This document shows, in pieces, positions 34,167 through 38,573 of a stretch of DNA of 38,573 bases. Location of the stretch: positions 1 to 38,573 of the forward strand of contig JAHIKO010000020.1 in assembly GCA_018897535.1 (NCBI GenBank). Reading direction: 5' to 3'. The DNA is from Candidatus Babelota bacterium. Its GTDB lineage: Bacteria > Babelota > Babeliae > Babelales > UASB340. How positions within the stretch are numbered: position 1 is the stretch's first letter; every line of letters begins with the position of its first letter. The notes under the pieces are model-generated. The model was not told the origin of the DNA, made no database searches, and saw nothing but the letters and a program-made list of their open reading frames with translations. The translations under genes and the position numbers were made by a program.

Positions 34167-36986
34167 GTGCATAGAATTAAAAAAGATGCCCTTTTTTTAA
34201 TAGACGGCTCTTACATTTTGTATAGGTCCTATTATGGTTTGCGTCCGTTACAAACTTCAAGCGGTATTAGCGTGCAAGCAGTTTATGGCTTTTGTCGTAC
34301 AATAAAAAGACTTATAGATATTTTTGATCCACAGTATTTTGCAATTGTTTGGGATAGTAAAGGTAAAACTTTTAGATCTGAAATTTATGAGCCATACAAA
34401 GCCACACGTCAAGCACCACCAAGTGATTTATTTGTACAAAAAGAATATATAACTGAATTCGCAAAAAATATTGAACTGAAGCAGGTCGCAAAAATTGGAT
34501 TTGAAGCTGATGATTTAATCGGTTCTATTGCAAAAGATTATCGCGGTGAGCAGGTGGTTATAGTTGGTCCGGACAAAGATTTATATCAGCTTTTATCTGA
34601 CAAAATAATAATTTATGATCCATTTAAAGAAGAAATAATTGATGCTAAAAGTTTTGAAAAAGCTAAGGGCTTGAGCCCTGAAAAAGTACCATTTTATTAT
34701 GCTTTACTTGGTGATACTTCTGATAATATTCCGGGTGTTTTTGGAATTGGTAAAAAGACGGCCTTAGATTTAGTTAATCAATTTGAATCGCTGGAAGATC
34801 TTTATGAAAATTTAGATAAAATAAAAAAAGAAAGAACTCAAAATTTACTCAGCGAAAATAAAGAGAATGCTTTTTTAAGTTTAAAACTTTTTTTATTAAA
34901 ATATTATGACTTGGCATTACACAAAAAAGATTTTGAATTCGATAAAAATAATTTAATAAAGGCGGCTGAAATATTTGAAAAACTTGAATTTAAGTCTTTG
35001 TTAAATGATTTAAAAAAAATATTTGGTCATAAGGCTGTAGAACCTTATATTGGGATTCAGGAAAAAGTTGAGGATAAAAAACAGGCTATCCAACTTTCGT
35101 TATTTGATAGTTTTAAAAAAAATGATGACATTGTGTTGGAAGTAGATAAAAGAAAAAAAACAGAGTGGGACTGCCATATAGTATTAAACGAAGAGTCTCT
35201 TGATAAGTTAATTGAAAAATTAAAAAACGCTGATGAAATTGCAATAGACACGGAAACTACAGGGATTAGGCCACTGCGTGACGAATTAGTTGGAATATCT
35301 TTTGCTTTTAATAAGAACGAAGCCTATTATATCCCGCTTGCTCATGAAGATGGCTCTGTAAAACAGCTTGATCTTAAATCTACACTTGAAAAATTAAAAT
35401 CAATATTTTTAAGCAATAAGATTGAAAAAATATTTCATAATGCCAAGTTTGATTTGCTTGTTTTAAAGCAATATGGCGCAGATTTTAAAAATGTTAAATT
35501 TGATACTTTGATAGCTGCAAGTTTACTAAAAAAAGAAGATGAAAAAATTAATTTAAAGGTATTATCTGTAAAATATCTTAATGAGCCAATGAGTACTTTT
35601 GAGCAAATTTTAAAAAATAAGTATAAAACATTTAACCAGGTTCCTATAAAAGAAGCTTCCGAATATGCAGCCTATGATGCATTACAAACATTTAAATTAA
35701 AACCCATACTTGAAAAAGAATTAAAAAATAATTCTAAGCTATATAAAATATTTATTGATTTGGAAATGCCATTATCTTTTGTTTTGTTTGATATGGAATT
35801 ATGCGGAATTAAACTTGATCCGGACAAATTAAAAGAAATAGGCAAAGAAATAACACATGATTTAAAAACTGTCGAACGAAAAATATTTGCATTTATAGAA
35901 GAAAACTATAATAAAAAATATCAAGATATAAATTTAAATTCTCCTCAGCAGGTGCAGGAACTTTTATTTGATGTTTTAAAATTGCCTGTAGTAAAAAAAA
36001 CGCATAAAGGGACTCGTGGAACTGATCAAGAAGTTCTTGAGGAATTAAGTAAAATTCATCCAATACCCGGACTTATTTTAAATTATCGAGAGTTATCAAA
36101 ATTATTAAGTACTTATGTACAAACGCTAATAGATGAAATAAACCCAAATACAGGAAAAGTACATACATCTTATAGCCAAACAATGGTGGCTACAGGCAGA
36201 CTTTCAAGTTCAAACCCTAATTTACAAAATATACCGGTCTCGTCTGATCATGGTATAAAAATTAGATCGGCATTTTTGGCCGATAAGGGTATGTCTTTTT
36301 TATCTGCAGACTATTCACAGATAGAACTTCGTGTTTTAGCTCATATGACAAAAGATAAACATTTAATAGAAGCTTTTGAGCAAGATATTGATATTCACTC
36401 AAAAACGGCAAGCCAAATATTTAATGTTTCTATCGATGAAGTTACACATGAACAAAGACAGGTAGGTAAAAAAATAAATTTTAGTATTATTTACGGATTG
36501 ACACCATATGGATTGTCTAAAGATTTGGATATTAAACCATCTCAGGCAAAAGAATATATAGATAAATACTTTCAAGTATATAAGGGTGTTGCCTCCTGGA
36601 TAGAATCTACTATTGAGAAAGCTAAAGAAGATGGCTTTACTCAAACATTAATGGGGCGGCGTAGGTATGTTTCAGGTTTGCATGAGCAGAATAAAAATTT
36701 GTATCAAGCAGCTGCAAGAATTGCCGTAAATAGTCCGGTGCAAGGTACTTCAGCCGAATTAATAAAAAAAGCTATGATAAATATTCATAAAAAGCTGGAA
36801 GAGAAGTACCAGAGCGCAAAAATTATATTACAAATTCACGATGAATTGGTTCTTCAGGTTCCAAATGAACAGGTCGATTTTGTTGAAAAAATTATTAAAA
36901 AAGAGATGGAAACTGTTGAAAATTGGATAATTCCGTTAAAAGTGGCTACAAAAATTGGCAAGAATTGGGAGTCTGTAACTAAATAA
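34167..36986 (+). CDS. polA: DNA polymerase I (5'-3' exonuclease, 3'-5' exonuclease and polymerase domains)
   Basis: 939 aa with a GTG start preceded by aaagga. 5' nuclease blocks are LIDGSYILYRSYY, GFEADDLIG and LLGDTSDNIPGV. The Exo I motif is IAIDTETTG. Polymerase motifs are A DYSQIELRVLAH, B RQVGKKINFSIIYG and C LQIHDELV. Confidence 0.95.
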   Translation: MHRIKKDALFLIDGSYILYRSYYGLRPLQTSSGISVQAVYGFCRTIKRLIDIFDPQYFAIVWDSKGKTFRSEIYEPYKATRQAPPSDLFVQKEYITEFAKNIELKQVAKIGFEADDLIGSIAKDYRGEQVVIVGPDKDLYQLLSDKIIIYDPFKEEIIDAKSFEKAKGLSPEKVPFYYALLGDTSDNIPGVFGIGKKTALDLVNQFESLEDLYENLDKIKKERTQNLLSENKENAFLSLKLFLLKYYDLALHKKDFEFDKNNLIKAAEIFEKLEFKSLLNDLKKIFGHKAVEPYIGIQEKVEDKKQAIQLSLFDSFKKNDDIVLEVDKRKKTEWDCHIVLNEESLDKLIEKLKNADEIAIDTETTGIRPLRDELVGISFAFNKNEAYYIPLAHEDGSVKQLDLKSTLEKLKSIFLSNKIEKIFHNAKFDLLVLKQYGADFKNVKFDTLIAASLLKKEDEKINLKVLSVKYLNEPMSTFEQILKNKYKTFNQVPIKEASEYAAYDALQTFKLKPILEKELKNNSKLYKIFIDLEMPLSFVLFDMELCGIKLDPDKLKEIGKEITHDLKTVERKIFAFIEENYNKKYQDINLNSPQQVQELLFDVLKLPVVKKTHKGTRGTDQEVLEELSKIHPIPGLILNYRELSKLLSTYVQTLIDEINPNTGKVHTSYSQTMVATGRLSSSNPNLQNIPVSSDHGIKIRSAFLADKGMSFLSADYSQIELRVLAHMTKDKHLIEAFEQDIDIHSKTASQIFNVSIDEVTHEQRQVGKKINFSIIYGLTPYGLSKDLDIKPSQAKEYIDKYFQVYKGVASWIESTIEKAKEDGFTQTLMGRRRYVSGLHEQNKNLYQAAARIAVNSPVQGTSAELIKKAMINIHKKLEEKYQSAKIILQIHDELVLQVPNEQVDFVEKIIKKEMETVENWIIPLKVATKIGKNWESVTK

Positions 36987-37117
36987 ACCCTTTGACTTTT
37001 GTTGAAAAACAAGGCACAATATTTTTGTCTTTTTTAGGCAAATTCGTTAAAAATAGAAAATATAAAGTTTGTAAGATCTTTTTAATTATTTCTTATTAAA
37101 AATAAAGGATATTTAAG

Positions 37118-37378
37118 ATGGCAACGAGTAAAACCGGTGGTTCAACTAGTAATGGTCGCGAGAGTCAAAGTAAACGTTTAGGCTGTAAAAAATTTGCAGG
37201 TGAAGTTGTAATACCTGGAAATATTTTATTTCGCCAAAGAGGAACAAAGATTCATCCCGGCAACGGAGTAAAAATAGGCAAAGATGACACTCTTTTTGCT
37301 GTAAAATCCGGATTTGTAAAATATTACAAAGGGTTAAAAGGCAGACAGTTTGTTTCAGTTATTGATCAATTGGCTTAG
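37118..37378 (+). CDS. rpmA: 50S ribosomal protein L27
   Basis: [55 protein letters not shown] is the conserved L27 core. SD aaagga lies upstream. Confidence 0.9.
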   Translation: MATSKTGGSTSNGRESQSKRLGCKKFAGEVVIPGNILFRQRGTKIHPGNGVKIGKDDTLFAVKSGFVKYYKGLKGRQFVSVIDQLA

Positions 37379-37400
37379 TTTTTAAGGAAGAGTAGGAATC

Positions 37401-38285
37401 ATGATTGATTTTTTAAAGTACAAATCAGCCTGTATATTTTTTTCATTGGTATTAATAGCTTCAGGTGTTGTTGCTTATTTTATGCAAGGTGGATTTAAAT
37501 ATGCAATAGATTTTGCCGGCGGCGCAGAAATTAATATTTCTTTTGAAAAAAGCATAGATATTGGTGTTTTAAGAGATGCAATTTCAAGCCAAGGTTGGCA
37601 GGATTCAGTAATTCAAAGCGTTGGTAAAGACGGCAAAAATTTTATCGTAAAACTTGGCGGTGTTACTGTTGAGGGTCTTGAAGATAAATTTAGAATGGCT
37701 GTTGATGCTGCGACTCCTGGAAACACAATGACTGTTAATCATATTGATTGGATTGGCGCTGAAGTTGGCAAAGATATGAAAAAGAATGCAATTTTTGCAG
37801 TATTGTTATCTATTCTTGCCATATTGTTATATGTTGCAATAAGATCAAAATTTGCTTACGGTGTTGGAGCTGTTGTTGCATTATGTCATGATATGCTTGC
37901 AGTTCTTGTTTGTATATTGCTATTTAAAGAACAAATGTCTTTGTCTGTTTTAGCTGCAATATTGGCAATATTAGGTTATTCAATAAATGATACTATCGTA
38001 ATATTTAGCAGAATTCGTGATAATGTTAAAAAAATGAAAGATCATACTTTAAATGATATTGTAAATGTTAGTATAAACCAGACATTGAGAAGAACTTTAC
38101 TTACAAGTTTTGCAACATTACTTTCAGTAATAGCTTTTTACGTTTTGGGTGGTGAATCATTAAGAGGATTTTCTTTTGTAATGATGCTTGGTATTATTTT
38201 TGGAACATATTCTTCCATTTATATTGCAAGTCCTGTTATGATATATATTGAGCAACGAGCCGCTCATAAAAAAGAGGTTCTTTAA
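37401..38285 (+). CDS. secF: Protein translocase subunit SecF
   Basis: 294 aa. Blocks are N-terminal TM then YAIDFAGGAEINISF, six TM helices, and GYSINDTIVIFSRIRDN (SecD/F signature). SD aaggaagag lies upstream. Confidence 0.85.
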   Translation: MIDFLKYKSACIFFSLVLIASGVVAYFMQGGFKYAIDFAGGAEINISFEKSIDIGVLRDAISSQGWQDSVIQSVGKDGKNFIVKLGGVTVEGLEDKFRMAVDAATPGNTMTVNHIDWIGAEVGKDMKKNAIFAVLLSILAILLYVAIRSKFAYGVGAVVALCHDMLAVLVCILLFKEQMSLSVLAAILAILGYSINDTIVIFSRIRDNVKKMKDHTLNDIVNVSINQTLRRTLLTSFATLLSVIAFYVLGGESLRGFSFVMMLGIIFGTYSSIYIASPVMIYIEQRAAHKKEVL

Positions 38286-38334
38286 TAAAAATTTAATGGA
38301 GGTTATTTTAAATTTGTGGAGGGTTTAAAATCTG

Positions 38335-38573
38335 ATGAATAATTCAAAAAAGTCTCTAAGAGGTAAATTAATGATACGTGATGACAAAGAATTAAAAAAT
38401 GATTTGGATCAAGATTTGAATAATGATGAACAAAGATTTAATCAAGATGATCAAAATTCTGATTCTAAGGTAGGTATTTTTGTTGGTAATGAGGATGAAA
38501 TTGCCACAAGTAGTCCTGCAAGAGGTGGATATAAAAGAAAAGTTCGCACTGAAAAAAAAGAGGTTTCTTCAAA
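38335..38573 (+). CDS. Partial CDS (5' end only), hypothetical protein with an acidic low-complexity N-terminus
   Basis: The frame stays open from ATG 38335 to the window edge (MNNSKKSLRGKLMIRDDKELKNDLDQDLNNDEQRFNQDDQNSDSKVG...ARGGYKRKVRTEKKEVSS). The in-frame ATG at 38371 has the better SD (agaggt, 6 nt spacing) and may be the true start. The product cannot be identified from this fragment. Confidence 0.4.
   Translation, partial: MNNSKKSLRGKLMIRDDKELKNDLDQDLNNDEQRFNQDDQNSDSKVGIFVGNEDEIATSSPARGGYKRKVRTEKKEVSS

Noticed and set aside
36987-37117. Possible promoter or terminator signals in the polA-rpmA spacer (TTGACT at ~37001, TTGTCT-17-TAAAAA, short TTGTT/AACAA hairpin).
   Set aside because: Several mutually exclusive weak matches exist and none is near consensus. 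They cannot be told apart from AT-rich background without transcript mapping.
1-38573. Scan for tRNA, rRNA, tmRNA, RNase P, SRP RNA, riboswitches, CRISPR arrays, IS elements, integrases, toxin-antitoxin pairs and known defence genes.
   Set aside because: All intergenic spacers are about 220 nt or shorter and AT-rich apart from the terminator stems. I saw no cloverleaf-like GC-rich segment, no direct-repeat array, no terminal inverted repeats flanking a transposase-like ORF, and no nuclease, helicase or methylase gene cluster. The only GC-rich non-terminator element is the bioY palindrome, reported as a finding.

Overview
This is a compact, roughly 90% coding, very AT-rich bacterial chromosomal segment; I estimate about 30% GC by eye and did not compute it. 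It uses the standard genetic code, since TGA acts as a stop at 8628-8630 and 10024-10026. I call about 37 protein genes. I see no rRNA, tRNA, CRISPR, transposase, integrase or phage genes, and no recognisable defence-system enzymes.

Most genes are housekeeping:
- Replication and repair: polA, recO, ruvX and a DciA-like DUF721 protein.
- Translation: aspS, rpmA, rsmE and tsaB.
- Central metabolism: tkt, gpmI and the membrane pyrophosphatase hppA.
- Secretion: secF.
- Peptidoglycan: a class A PBP, murG, an MltA-like transglycosylase and a NamZ/DUF1343-like muramidase.

The outer-membrane barrels with a C-terminal Phe, the peptidoglycan genes, the extreme AT bias and a secreted eukaryotic-like kinase suggest a diderm, host-associated or intracellular bacterium such as the Dependentiae/TM6 lineages. 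That placement is inference only.

Genes sit in tight operons with SD-like sites, several 0-16 nt junctions and non-ATG starts (TTG for the PBP, GTG for polA and the DUF721 gene). A few GC-rich hairpins flanked by A and T tracts act as bidirectional terminators.

I did not find a canonical mobile or defence island. The best candidates for undescribed biology are:
1. A signal-peptide-bearing eukaryotic-like kinase whose catalytic lysine appears relocated to the Gly-rich loop, as in WNK kinases.
2. A 51-nt, 59% GC imperfect palindrome inserted exactly in frame in the 5' end of bioY.
3. An operon coupling PBP1A to an orphan outer-membrane barrel and a 1082-aa coiled-coil protein.
4. A DUF2975/YozG-type membrane-protein and regulator pair with a promoter-overlapping palindrome.
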